This document shows positions 9,322 to 18,411 of a stretch of DNA of 64,000 bases, piece after piece. A program made the position numbers and the translations under genes. Position 1 is the stretch's first letter; every line of letters starts with the position of its first letter. A model generated the notes under the pieces. It had not been told where the DNA came from, made no database searches, and worked only from the letters and a program-made list of their open reading frames with translations. Origin of the DNA: a virus; IMG/VR virus record IMGVR_UViG_3300027747_004417; one strand, written 5' to 3'.

Positions 9322-9971
9322 CCCTCTCTTAGAAAAAAGTTCAAAGTTATCTTGTTTGTATGAGCCCATTTAAAGTCTTTCCATCTAGAAACAAGGTCCC
9401 AATCGTTACATTTTTTTACATATCTCCAACCACCAAACTTATTTATTAACCATCTTTTGTGCATTATCTCTGAGCTATCTATGTAGCCTTGTTTTGGGGC
9501 ATTATTATGAATTCTTTGCCCAACAACTTTGAGATTATTATCTATAAGTCTAGTACCAGTGTATGCCATATCTGAATCATTATCTTTGATAACTTTGTAT
9601 AGGCTTTCAATGTGATCTTTTTCAAACCAGTTATCGTCGTCAAGATAACAGATTATGTTATTGTCACTATTCATTATTGCAAAGTTTCTCGGACCCCAAC
9701 CTGCTCCGCTACAATGCATCGGAAGATTGAAGTATTTGAACCTACAGTCTTTTTTTGCAACACTTTTGCAGAAAACATCTGCTTCTTTGCATAAGTCACA
9801 TTCAATGCAATTTAGTTCAGACTTAGAGCATGAGTCTTTGATTAGGAAACAGTCAAAGTGAGGATATGTTTGCTCTATTACAGAGTTAGTGGATCTTTCA
9901 ATCCATTCTATTGGTGAGTGATATGTGGGTAAGCAAACCAATATTTTTTCGGGTTGTTTGTACCGTAGCAT
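9300..9971 (-). CDS. Glycosyltransferase family 2
   Basis: VCLPTYH, SVIEQTYPHF, GPRNFAI, YLDDDNWFEKDHIE; AGGAGG before ATG at 9971. Confidence 0.88.
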   Translation of the reverse strand: MLRYKQPEKILVCLPTYHSPIEWIERSTNSVIEQTYPHFDCFLIKDSCSKSELNCIECDLCKEADVFCKSVAKKDCRFKYFNLPMHCSGAGWGPRNFAIMNSDNNIICYLDDDNWFEKDHIESLYKVIKDNDSDMAYTGTRLIDNNLKVVGQRIHNNAPKQGYIDSSEIMHKRWLINKFGGWRYVKKCNDWDLVSRWKDFKWAHTNKITLNFFLREGCGIHRK

Positions 9972-10017
9972 CCACCTCCTTGCGGCCAAAAGCTAATTTC
10001 GAATTAGCCAGCATTCC

Positions 10018-10045
10018 TTGACAAAACTTTCAGCTGTGGTATATA
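10018..10045 (+). promoter_or_regulatory. Possible sigma70-type promoter for the 10158 gene
   Basis: TTGACA at 10018, 16-nt spacer, TG-preceded TATATA; the -10 match is imperfect. Confidence 0.45.
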
Positions 10046-10157
10046 GGATTTTTGTCTTCGATTTTACAATGGGGTTTTCCGTGCTAAACTCATACTAACG
10101 GTCCATTTCGAACGCTTCGATTTGGAGTGCCGTGCTACATCAGTTACGAGGTGATTA

Positions 10158-11201
10158 ATGAGCGGATCTGTTGGATCTATAGCGGACCTTATGCTCGCGA
10201 AGCAAAAAAGGCTGCCGATACCTGATCTTGAAGTTAAACGAACCATTGTTTCGGATTCATCTGCCGAGCAGATAGAGGCGATTCAGCGTGAGGCTGTGAT
10301 CAACCGAGATCATTACCTTTCTGAGTCTCGACGTTCTGGTCTGCCTTGGTTCAAATGCATTCGTAAGCCCATCCAATATAGTGAGTTTGTCATGCTTACT
10401 AGAGAGATGGCAGAAGAAATTAAAAAAGACATCTGGTCGGTTGCCGAAGGCAACAGAAACATCAAAAGGCTCCACGTTGAAGCCTTGCAGCGTGACATTG
10501 AAGCAGGAAGATGGCTTCCAACTCATGAATCGATTGCAATCGATGTCAACGGCCAGACAAACGACGGCCAGCATCGCTTGACTGCTTTTTTGAATTCCTC
10601 AAAGTCTGAGGTTTGCTTCTACATCACTTTTAACGTCCTGCCGGAAGCCAAATTCGCTGTAGACAGTGGATCTAAGCGAAATACTGGTGAAAAGCTCTCC
10701 ATGATCATTGATAGAAAGTGGGGATCTAAGGTCACTGGCTTCTGTCGGGCTATAATGCGTGGAGTTAATGCAAAAGCCCGATATACAGATTCCGAGATCG
10801 CAGAATTTGCAACCACTTGGGAACCTGTGGTGGAATGGGTCATGGATCATTGCCCCAAAGCCGCTGCGGAGATTCAAGCTGCTATTGCCAAGATGTACAT
10901 TTTTTATGGTCCCGATCTTATCGCTGATTTTTGCGATAGATTCAGGAATGTACGCTTTATTGAAGAGGGTGATCCTGCGAAGGCCTTGTATGTTCAAGTG
11001 GACCGTATAAAGGGCTGTCCGGACCTTAAGAAATATCGGTTGACACTTAGTGCATTGAATGCACTAGTGAACAACAGAAAGGTTAAGGTCTTAAGAGAGA
11101 TCGATGGAGACATCTTTGATTGGGAAAAAGGTCGCTCTAATAGAGAGTGGAATGCTCCCAAGGATTCTTGGTGGGCAAGGGTTGGATCGAAGCAAGTTTG
11201 A
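10158..11201 (+). CDS. ParB/Srx-fold DGQHR-motif protein
   Basis: NRNIKR.HVE.LQRDIE.GRW, SIAIDVNG..NDGQHRLTAF; GAGGTG SD; visibly more GC-rich than flanks. Confidence 0.75.
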   Translation: MSGSVGSIADLMLAKQKRLPIPDLEVKRTIVSDSSAEQIEAIQREAVINRDHYLSESRRSGLPWFKCIRKPIQYSEFVMLTREMAEEIKKDIWSVAEGNRNIKRLHVEALQRDIEAGRWLPTHESIAIDVNGQTNDGQHRLTAFLNSSKSEVCFYITFNVLPEAKFAVDSGSKRNTGEKLSMIIDRKWGSKVTGFCRAIMRGVNAKARYTDSEIAEFATTWEPVVEWVMDHCPKAAAEIQAAIAKMYIFYGPDLIADFCDRFRNVRFIEEGDPAKALYVQVDRIKGCPDLKKYRLTLSALNALVNNRKVKVLREIDGDIFDWEKGRSNREWNAPKDSWWARVGSKQV

Positions 11202-11223
11202 CCCTACAATGTGACCTAAGGAG

Positions 11224-11257
11224 GGGCTCTACGTGAAATACCGTAGAGCCCTTTTTT
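11224..11257 (+). terminator. Rho-independent terminator
   Basis: gggctctacg-tgaaatac-cgtagagccc followed by tttttt. Confidence 0.88.
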
Positions 11258-11282
11258 ATAACTATGACAAAAGGTTGAGGCT

Positions 11283-12878
11283 ATGAATCAAATTAAGATA
11301 GATTTCTGGATAAGCAACAATCAAAATGTTTTGTTTTCCGGCAAGCATGGTGTTGGTAAAACAGCTATCGTAAAAGATTCATTTGAGCGTCATGGTCTTA
11401 ACTACAGGTACTTTTCCGCATCTACTATGGATCCTTGGGTGGACTTCATAGGAGTTCCTAAAGAAAAGTCCTTAGGGGCATCATCCGAACAAATGCTTTT
11501 AGTCAAAGATCTAATCCGTCTTGATCAAAAAATTGCTGTTGATTGGGTCATGAAAAACTGGGGCATGAGCAAAGAGTCCTCTGAGAAGATAGTCTCTAGC
11601 TTATCTCTTGGAAATGATACCTATTTAGAACTTGTTAGACCGGAAGTCTTTGCAACTGGTGAGATAGAAGCATTGTTCTTTGATGAATTCAACAGAAGTC
11701 CCAAGAAGGTTAGAAACGCAGTCATGGAGCTGCTGCAGTTTAAGTCAATCAATGGACATGTTTTTCCTAAATTAAGGCTAATATGGGCAGCTATCAACCC
11801 AGAAGATGATTCATTGAATTCTTATGATGTTGAAAAAATGGATCCGGCCCAAAAGGACAGATTTCATGTATTTGTATCTGTGCCCTACAAACCTAATGTT
11901 GAATGGTTTAGGGATAAGTACGGAAAAAAGATTGCAGATGCTTCTGTGTGTTGGTGGAATGAGTTAGAGAACAAGGATGAGGTTTCTCCTAGAAGGCTTC
12001 AATATGCCTTAGACACTTACTTAAAAAAGGGCGATCTTAGAGACGTTCTTCCTCCATCTAGCAATGTCTCAAAGCTATACAACGCACTCAGCAGCGGACC
12101 TGTTTTAGAAAAACTTCATGAATTTATGTCTAGCGGACGGCAAGAGGAAGCCATAGTATTTCTCTCAAATGAGAACAATTTTGCTTCTGCAATAAAGTAC
12201 ATAGTTAAATCAAACGATTTAATGGCATACTTTCTTCCTCTGATACCAAAGGAAAAAATATCTGCAATTCTCTCACAAAACGATAGCACTTCTTCGTTCA
12301 TAATTTCCAACTCTCTTCGTGTGCCAGTTTTTAAAGAGATTTGTGGCGAAGTAATAAAGGCATCAACAAACAGTTCCTTAGTAAAAAAAATACGTAGACA
12401 TTTTACAGAATCTCAGTTTGTTATGAACGAAGGAGTTGGGAAGTGTAAATTCTTCTGCAATAAGAATGTAGACCAAAACGTCTGGGTGGACCTGTTGAAG
12501 GCGATGTCAACTCTGGATACAAGAAAAGATAGGCTCAATATAATGTCCAACATAGCCTCAAATATACCGGAAAATATTTATTTGCCACAGATAAAAACTT
12601 GTCTTGACCTTATTTCTAAGCTAGACCCTGAGCCGTCAGAGATTGTTGAAGGAACGATAAAAGCTACTCCTTGGTCGAATTTTGTTGAGATCGTCAACCA
12701 TTTAATTCGTGAGGGTATTTCTTTATCATCTTTGGACAAAGAATTTCTTCCTGTGCCTCGTGATCAAGCTTTGATATCGTTTAAAGAATCCAACATTCAA
12801 TCCTTATCAAAGATCTATGCGGCTATAAAGTTGGCTGGTTTTGAGGAATCAGTAATTAGATCGTGCGAGCAATTATGA
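11283..12878 (+). CDS. MoxR-like AAA+ ATPase
   Basis: Walker A GKHGVGKT, Walker B LFFDEFNR, WAAINP, DPAQKDRF. Confidence 0.88.
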   Translation: MNQIKIDFWISNNQNVLFSGKHGVGKTAIVKDSFERHGLNYRYFSASTMDPWVDFIGVPKEKSLGASSEQMLLVKDLIRLDQKIAVDWVMKNWGMSKESSEKIVSSLSLGNDTYLELVRPEVFATGEIEALFFDEFNRSPKKVRNAVMELLQFKSINGHVFPKLRLIWAAINPEDDSLNSYDVEKMDPAQKDRFHVFVSVPYKPNVEWFRDKYGKKIADASVCWWNELENKDEVSPRRLQYALDTYLKKGDLRDVLPPSSNVSKLYNALSSGPVLEKLHEFMSSGRQEEAIVFLSNENNFASAIKYIVKSNDLMAYFLPLIPKEKISAILSQNDSTSSFIISNSLRVPVFKEICGEVIKASTNSSLVKKIRRHFTESQFVMNEGVGKCKFFCNKNVDQNVWVDLLKAMSTLDTRKDRLNIMSNIASNIPENIYLPQIKTCLDLISKLDPEPSEIVEGTIKATPWSNFVEIVNHLIREGISLSSLDKEFLPVPRDQALISFKESNIQSLSKIYAAIKLAGFEESVIRSCEQL

Positions 12879-14086
12879 GCATCAAGATTGAAAATGATGA
12901 ATGGATGGATTTATTGTTCTCTTTGGAGAACCACCATGCGGTGTTTTACAAACTTTGGCAGATAGGCAAGCCTCTATTCACAGAAGAGATAGAGACCGCA
13001 GCCTGCCAGTTTGATAAGTCCGGTAACTTTGTTGTGTTTCTTTTTAACCCTGAATTTTGGAATAGCTTAGATCAGTATAACAGGCTGTTCGTAATATGTC
13101 ATGAATGCTTGCACTTGATGCTTAACCATGGAGTTCGTATTAAGGATTCTAAGTTTTCAAACAGACAAGCTTGTAATCAATGCTTAGATGTCGTTGTCAA
13201 TCACTTATTGGTTGAAAGCTTTAATTTCGATAGAAATAAGCTTTTTGATGGAGAAAGCTACTGTTGGGTTGACACAGTGTTCCCTGATACTAATGTTTCT
13301 ACAAAGGAGACTTTTGAGTATTACTATCAGCTTTTCGAAAAGTCTTATGGAGACGGATCACCTATAGCAGACACACATACTGTTGATGACCACAAAGCCA
13401 TGCAGTGTGATTCTTTCAACCCGATAGATGTTGTCTCGCAAATGTCTGACTTTGAAAAAGGCACACTCTCTGTTCTGTCAAAGCATATCGGACAGGAAAA
13501 AGGAAAAGATTGGGCGATAATTACTGGGCGACCAAAAATTAAGCAGAAGTGGGAAAGCGTGATCAAAAATTGGTCAATTAGAAGAAAAAAAGATATTACC
13601 AAAGAGTTGGAACAATGGGCTAGATTGAACAGAAGATTGTCTCCAATGCGATCAGACTTAATGCTCCCATCGGAGATGGAAGTTGATGACTGCTTATTTG
13701 AGAAATCCAAGATAAGAGTTTGCTTTTTTCTTGACTCCTCTGGCTCCTGTTGGCATCTAAAAGACAGGTTTTTTCAAGCGGCCTTGTCGCTTGACCCTAA
13801 AATGTTTAGTGTAGACCTTTTCTGTTTCGATGTGGCTGTCCACAAGGTGGACCAACGGGAATTGAAGGTTTTTGGAGGTGGTGGAACTTCATTTGCCATA
13901 ATAGAGAGCCACCTCCAAGACTCTGGCGAAAACTATCCGGATGGCGTATTCGTAATTACAGACGGGTTCGGAGACAAGGTTCTACCTAAGTTTCCAAATA
14001 GATGGAATTGGTTTCTTACGGAGGATGGAAGAGACTCTCTCTTGCCAAAAAACAGCAACGTTTATCAACTTTCAGACTTTGAATGA
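12875..14086 (+). CDS. vWA domain + HExxH metallopeptidase-like protein (DUF2201-like)
   Basis: CHECLHLML, FFLDSSGSC (MIDAS), GGGGTSF, VITDG; ATGA overlap with the AAA gene. Confidence 0.85.
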   Translation: MSIKIENDEWMDLLFSLENHHAVFYKLWQIGKPLFTEEIETAACQFDKSGNFVVFLFNPEFWNSLDQYNRLFVICHECLHLMLNHGVRIKDSKFSNRQACNQCLDVVVNHLLVESFNFDRNKLFDGESYCWVDTVFPDTNVSTKETFEYYYQLFEKSYGDGSPIADTHTVDDHKAMQCDSFNPIDVVSQMSDFEKGTLSVLSKHIGQEKGKDWAIITGRPKIKQKWESVIKNWSIRRKKDITKELEQWARLNRRLSPMRSDLMLPSEMEVDDCLFEKSKIRVCFFLDSSGSCWHLKDRFFQAALSLDPKMFSVDLFCFDVAVHKVDQRELKVFGGGGTSFAIIESHLQDSGENYPDGVFVITDGFGDKVLPKFPNRWNWFLTEDGRDSLLPKNSNVYQLSDFE

Positions 14087-14095
14087 AATAGGAGA

Positions 14096-14527
14096 ATGAT
14101 TATGAATCGAACAGCACAAATCAATAGCGTAGTTAACCAAATGGTCCGCTGCGGAAGAGAGAATGTGAAGATATCTGCAGAAAAGAAAGAGCATTATGCT
14201 TGTGAATATGAGCAAGAGATATTTCTTGCTCTGGACTTGATACCGCAAGCACAAGCCACCTTCCAAGCTGTTGTTGCAAAAAAACTTAAGTCTGATGAAC
14301 GAGAAAAAGTCATTAAGTTTTGCATTGACTTTAAAAACAGGAATTTTTCTGGTCCTAATGATCCTATTTTTTTGCTTTGGAGATTTTTGAAGACCGCAAA
14401 TAGAAAGCCTAGCAATCTCTATCCTAGTGTTTCTTATGCTTTGAGGTCTTATTTGGACGGCAAAAAGATTAGATCTATTAGAAATGATAGGTCTTTTAAA
14501 GACATTATGGAGAAGGAGATGGTGTAG
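14096..14527 (+). CDS. Hypothetical protein resembling the C-terminal half of the 10158 DGQHR protein
   Basis: QAVVAK/QAAIAK, FCIDFKNRNF/FCDRFRNVRF, NDP/GDP, AL..Y..GKKIR/AL..L..NRKVK; aligned by eye. Confidence 0.65.
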   Translation: MIMNRTAQINSVVNQMVRCGRENVKISAEKKEHYACEYEQEIFLALDLIPQAQATFQAVVAKKLKSDEREKVIKFCIDFKNRNFSGPNDPIFLLWRFLKTANRKPSNLYPSVSYALRSYLDGKKIRSIRNDRSFKDIMEKEMV

Positions 14528-15065
14528 TATCTATAAAAAAGTCATCTTCCAACTTCAATAGCTCTTCTAATGCTATTATGGACCAAGGTCCATAATTAAG
14601 TTGATACTTAAATTCTTGAGGAAGGTCTTTGGTTAAGACAACACAAAACCAGGGTCTTCTTTTTTTCTTCCAACAAAGCATTGGTTTTCTGCTACATCTT
14701 TTTGCATCCTTAGAAACCTGGCTTAGGAATCCGTCTAATTCTGTGCTTCCTTTGATGAAAACCGAGTTTAAATCTATGCCTTCATATCCGCCTTTGCTCT
14801 CAAGAACAAATTTGAATCCTTGCGGCACCACCAGATCACCAGAAAAAACCTCTCTAGCATGTTGAGGTAGGTTGTTAACTTGTGACCATCTATTCCCAGA
14901 GCCAACGGATCTGCTAAAGCCAGTACCAAATCTTTTATTCAAGATTTTTGAAAGCTCTAGCTCTACTCTATTTCCTTTTTTCTTTCCGTTGATTCTTTTT
15001 TTCTTTTTTTCGAATATTCCTTCGTCCGTGATGAAATCTTCTGAATCTTCAAATTCATAACTCAT
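14505..15065 (-). CDS. Holliday junction resolvase-like PD-(D/E)xK nuclease
   Basis: NGKKKGNRVELELSKIL, GDLVVP, ESKGGY. Confidence 0.75.
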   Translation of the reverse strand: MSYEFEDSEDFITDEGIFEKKKKRINGKKKGNRVELELSKILNKRFGTGFSRSVGSGNRWSQVNNLPQHAREVFSGDLVVPQGFKFVLESKGGYEGIDLNSVFIKGSTELDGFLSQVSKDAKRCSRKPMLCWKKKRRPWFCVVLTKDLPQEFKYQLNYGPWSIIALEELLKLEDDFFIDTTPSPSP

Positions 15066-15096
15066 ACAATTATATATGAGTTTTTATTATAACATT

Positions 15097-16203
15097 CTAA
15101 AAGAAATGTGATAATAATTTGGCAATAGAGTTATCTATTTCTTTGAGTTGGTTAATGGTTTCTTCAAAAAGTTCTTTTTCCATGGTCTCTTTGTTGACCG
15201 CATAACGTAGTTCTAACTCTACATTTTTTGCCTTTTCTATTATTCTAGCAACATACTCTTCGGCCGAATTTAGATCATATTCGCTCCATAAAGAACTTCT
15301 TTCTTTTCTAATAATCTGATCGTTTTCATCTAGTTTCGATATTAAGTTGAAATGAGGCGTTCCACTTGGTATCGTAAAAAATTCTTCCCCCACCTCCTCA
15401 GACTCGTCCCCAAGTGTAAGTCTGTATCTGTTAGAGCTTAATGTATTGTCTACTAAACTTAAATGCCAAATTTCTTTTGGATGTACTTCAATTAGTTTGT
15501 AGCACATAGATAGAAGCCTACTATCACACTCATTACACGCTTCTTCCCATATGCTAGGTTCTGATACAAAAAATACTTGTCCTAATTCTTCCCTTAAGTC
15601 CGATATCCACAGTGGCCTGTACTCGTTTCTAAATAGAAGTAGTGATCTTTGTCCGCTTTCTTGTCTTATTCCTGTTGCTACGGCCATATGGCCAAATTGT
15701 ATTAAGCTAAATATTCTTTTAACTGATTCTAGCTCTCTATCAACTATTGTTTTGTTTGATTTTATGGTGGACTCAAAAATACGAAGAAGAATTTCAGAAT
15801 CGCATTGGGTAGAAACTTCATAGTTTTTTCTTAACTCATAATATTCATCGTCTTCTATTCTTCCATTGTGTGCTAAAGCTATTGTTTTGTCGTTCGACGT
15901 AAAGGGGTGGTTGTTTTCATTAAAAAATGGTTCCCCTACACCTTTCGAGGCTCCTCTGGCATGAGCTATAACTAAATCAACTTCAAAGTTAGACAAACCA
16001 GACCAGAATCTACTTTTTACGAAGCTACTAGACCTTGTTGGTTCTTTGTGATAGATCACGCTGCCGTTGAAACCACACTCGGCAGCCCAAAAGCCAGCAG
16101 CGTCTGTACCTCTAGACTCACTCTTTTCAAATAGTTTTGTTAAAAGCTGATAGCTTAAGTTCTTATCTTTTGATTTACCAATAAAGCCAGTTATGCCACA
16201 CAT
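15097..16203 (-). CDS. Class II (Ntn) glutamine amidotransferase, stand-alone
   Basis: MCGI N-terminal Cys, RGTDAAG, HARGAS, NNHPF, HNGRI, DSE. Confidence 0.9.
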   Translation of the reverse strand: MCGITGFIGKSKDKNLSYQLLTKLFEKSESRGTDAAGFWAAECGFNGSVIYHKEPTRSSSFVKSRFWSGLSNFEVDLVIAHARGASKGVGEPFFNENNHPFTSNDKTIALAHNGRIEDDEYYELRKNYEVSTQCDSEILLRIFESTIKSNKTIVDRELESVKRIFSLIQFGHMAVATGIRQESGQRSLLLFRNEYRPLWISDLREELGQVFFVSEPSIWEEACNECDSRLLSMCYKLIEVHPKEIWHLSLVDNTLSSNRYRLTLGDESEEVGEEFFTIPSGTPHFNLISKLDENDQIIRKERSSLWSEYDLNSAEEYVARIIEKAKNVELELRYAVNKETMEKELFEETINQLKEIDNSIAKLLSHFF

Positions 16204-16397
16204 TAATTTTCTTCTTCCTTTTGGGCTTTATTGCCGCCCTGGAAAAGTCTCCATCCGTGTGCTGCTATTGCACAAAGTTCTTCAAAAGAATATTCGGATA
16301 GAGGAATGCCAAAGAATGTAGCATTCTCTGCTTCTTTGAACCATTCCCGAGGCAGGTTGCTGTGAATGGTTAAATCGTAACCTTTTTTATCTAGCAT
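16203..16397 (-). CDS. Small hypothetical protein
   Basis: Packed between guaC and the GATase gene. Confidence 0.6.
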   Translation of the reverse strand: MLDKKGYDLTIHSNLPREWFKEAENATFFGIPLSEYSFEELCAIAAHGWRLFQGGNKAQKEEEN

Positions 16398-16399
16398 AA

Positions 16400-17455
16400 T
16401 TAGTGGTTGTTAGAAACTCTTACAAATTTTGCACACTTGTTAAAGTCTTTTAGTTTTCCTGCTCCTATGTAGGCACCGCAACTTCTTAACCCCCCTAAAA
16501 TTTCCTGTACAATACTAGAAACTGGACCCTTGTACGGTACTTTAGAAACCTTACCTTCGGATGCTCTGTATTCTTTCTTTCCTGCTCCGTGTTTTTCTTG
16601 AGCATAGTGGCTGCTCATTCCATAGAAAGTAAGAGATTTCTTCGCACTCGAAACAACTCCACCATTGTTTTCGTACTCCCAGTCTCCCTCACACTCATCT
16701 GCCCCAGCAAACATGCCCCCTATCATCACCCAGTCCGCACCAGAGCATATGGCCTTACAGATATCACCAACGGTCTTGCATCCTCCATCGCTCATTACCA
16801 ATCCTAGCTTTCCATCGCCAGAACTTAATCCATGAGCTGCGTGGGAGCACTCTACGTTACATGAAAAGGTGCCATATCCTACACCAGTCATTTTTCTAGT
16901 TTCACATTGTGATCCGGGCCCTATTTGGATTTTACATATGTCTACTTTTCCATGGATAATTAGCTCTTGGCATATTTCTGGTGTTGTGACGTTTCCTGCA
17001 CAAATTATACTTTCTGGAAATTCCTTTCTTACAGTAGCACAAAAATGTACAAAGCTTTCCATATATCCGTTTGGAACATCTATTACAATGTTTGTTGGCT
17101 CTCCCAATAGTTTGCTCACAGCTTTAATTTTTTCTAGATCATCATCAGATTTGCCTATAGTTGTCCAAGCGTATGCTATGCCTGCTTCCTCTATAATCCC
17201 TGCTAGTTCTTCTGCACTGTAATACTTGTGCAACGCAGTTGCGATCTTATAAGAGGACAACTTAATAGCCATCTTTTTTGATGTAAGGGGGACCATGTTG
17301 GAACACATTAGAGGAATTCCAGTCCACACTCTTGGGCTGTAGTAAAACTTAAAATTTCTTTCTAAAGCAACTTGCTTTCTGCTTTCTAGGGTGGTTCTTT
17401 GAGGAACAATTAGAACATCATCATAATTTAATTTTACTTCTGGAGCTAAAAACAT
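16400..17455 (-). CDS. guaC: GMP reductase
   Basis: LNYDDVLIVP, IDVPNGY, IGPGSQCETR, SDGGC, FYGMSS, YRASEGK; lacks CBS domains; GGAGA SD before ATG at 17455. Confidence 0.92.
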   Translation of the reverse strand: MFLAPEVKLNYDDVLIVPQRTTLESRKQVALERNFKFYYSPRVWTGIPLMCSNMVPLTSKKMAIKLSSYKIATALHKYYSAEELAGIIEEAGIAYAWTTIGKSDDDLEKIKAVSKLLGEPTNIVIDVPNGYMESFVHFCATVRKEFPESIICAGNVTTPEICQELIIHGKVDICKIQIGPGSQCETRKMTGVGYGTFSCNVECSHAAHGLSSGDGKLGLVMSDGGCKTVGDICKAICSGADWVMIGGMFAGADECEGDWEYENNGGVVSSAKKSLTFYGMSSHYAQEKHGAGKKEYRASEGKVSKVPYKGPVSSIVQEILGGLRSCGAYIGAGKLKDFNKCAKFVRVSNNH

Positions 17456-17494
17456 TGTAAATCTCCTAGTTTTTGAAAGAACCAAGCAAGTTAG

Positions 17495-17522
17495 ATTTTA
17501 TTGTTTTTATGATCAAAGTCAA
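17495..17522 (-). promoter_or_regulatory. Sigma70-type promoter for guaC
   Basis: TTGACT, 16-nt spacer, TAAAAT on the minus strand. Confidence 0.6.
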
Positions 17523-17585
17523 GGATAATTTACTTTTTAAAAGGAAGAAGCTTGGGCATAAATAGTTTAAAAGGGAAAGGAAAAA

Positions 17586-17855
17586 ATGAATTTCTTCGAA
17601 TTAGACCAACAAGTATCACAGCAGACTAGCTTAACCCCTGCGTCGAATGACGAGACAGGCATTGATAAAAATGGCTACATAAGAATAGCTGGTAAAATTG
17701 CACAAAAGCTAGGAGAAAAGTCAAATACCTATACTCCTTTGGTTAGATATGTTGCAAGAAACCCCAAAATGTTGCAATTACTAGAGAAGTTAATAGAAGA
17801 AACAAGTCTAGCTCAATCTGGTAAGTTGAAAGCTGTTGTTTCAAGCTACAAGTAG
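17586..17855 (+). CDS. Hypothetical protein
   Basis: AAGGA SD; CATAAATA upstream. Confidence 0.65.
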   Translation: MNFFELDQQVSQQTSLTPASNDETGIDKNGYIRIAGKIAQKLGEKSNTYTPLVRYVARNPKMLQLLEKLIEETSLAQSGKLKAVVSSYK

Positions 17856-17856
17856 T

Positions 17857-18411
17857 TCACATAGCACTTAGTTGCTGCCCAGACTGTCCTGCTAATGAGG
17901 GTTGATCTGTTAGTTGGGGATCTTTATTTACTGGTGCTCCCGGCATTGGGTCTTTTTCTATATCCTTTTTCTCTTGAGGCGGTTTATATTGATCCCGAAC
18001 AGGCTTGACTGTGTTTGACGTGCCTCTTGAGTCCGATGCACTTTCAATACCTTCTGTTCCTTCTGGCGAAGCAATTTTATTTATTGGGGAACCTATTTTC
18101 TTTACTAGGTTATTCAAGGCATCCGCAGACCCAGAAACAGTCTTTTCTAAATCGCCTTTTTCTTTTACGGCTTTTATGATCGCTACACCAATTTTTTGCA
18201 AATCTTTTAGATAAACTTGGTTCTCTTTTGACCAATAACTGTGTAAGACTCTCCTTATTTGATTGACTATTCTTTCTGAAAATCTGGAGAGGTCCCTTGA
18301 CCCCATCCTTCCAGACTCGCCCTTTAGTTCTTCGGCCGCAGCTAGAATGTCTCCTATCTTTTGGCCAAGATACTGTTTCTGCTCGTTTATTATAAATTCT
18401 TTAAATTTCAT
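17857..18411 (-). CDS. Hypothetical protein with capsid-targeting-like N-terminus
   Basis: MKFKEFIINE; GTGA-type overlap with nrdJ. Confidence 0.7.
   Translation of the reverse strand: MKFKEFIINEQKQYLGQKIGDILAAAEELKGESGRMGSRDLSRFSERIVNQIRRVLHSYWSKENQVYLKDLQKIGVAIIKAVKEKGDLEKTVSGSADALNNLVKKIGSPINKIASPEGTEGIESASDSRGTSNTVKPVRDQYKPPQEKKDIEKDPMPGAPVNKDPQLTDQPSLAGQSGQQLSAM

Noticed and set aside
16400-17455. IMP dehydrogenase
   Set aside because: No CBS subdomain, and the DVPNGY and YRASEGK motifs fit GMP reductase.
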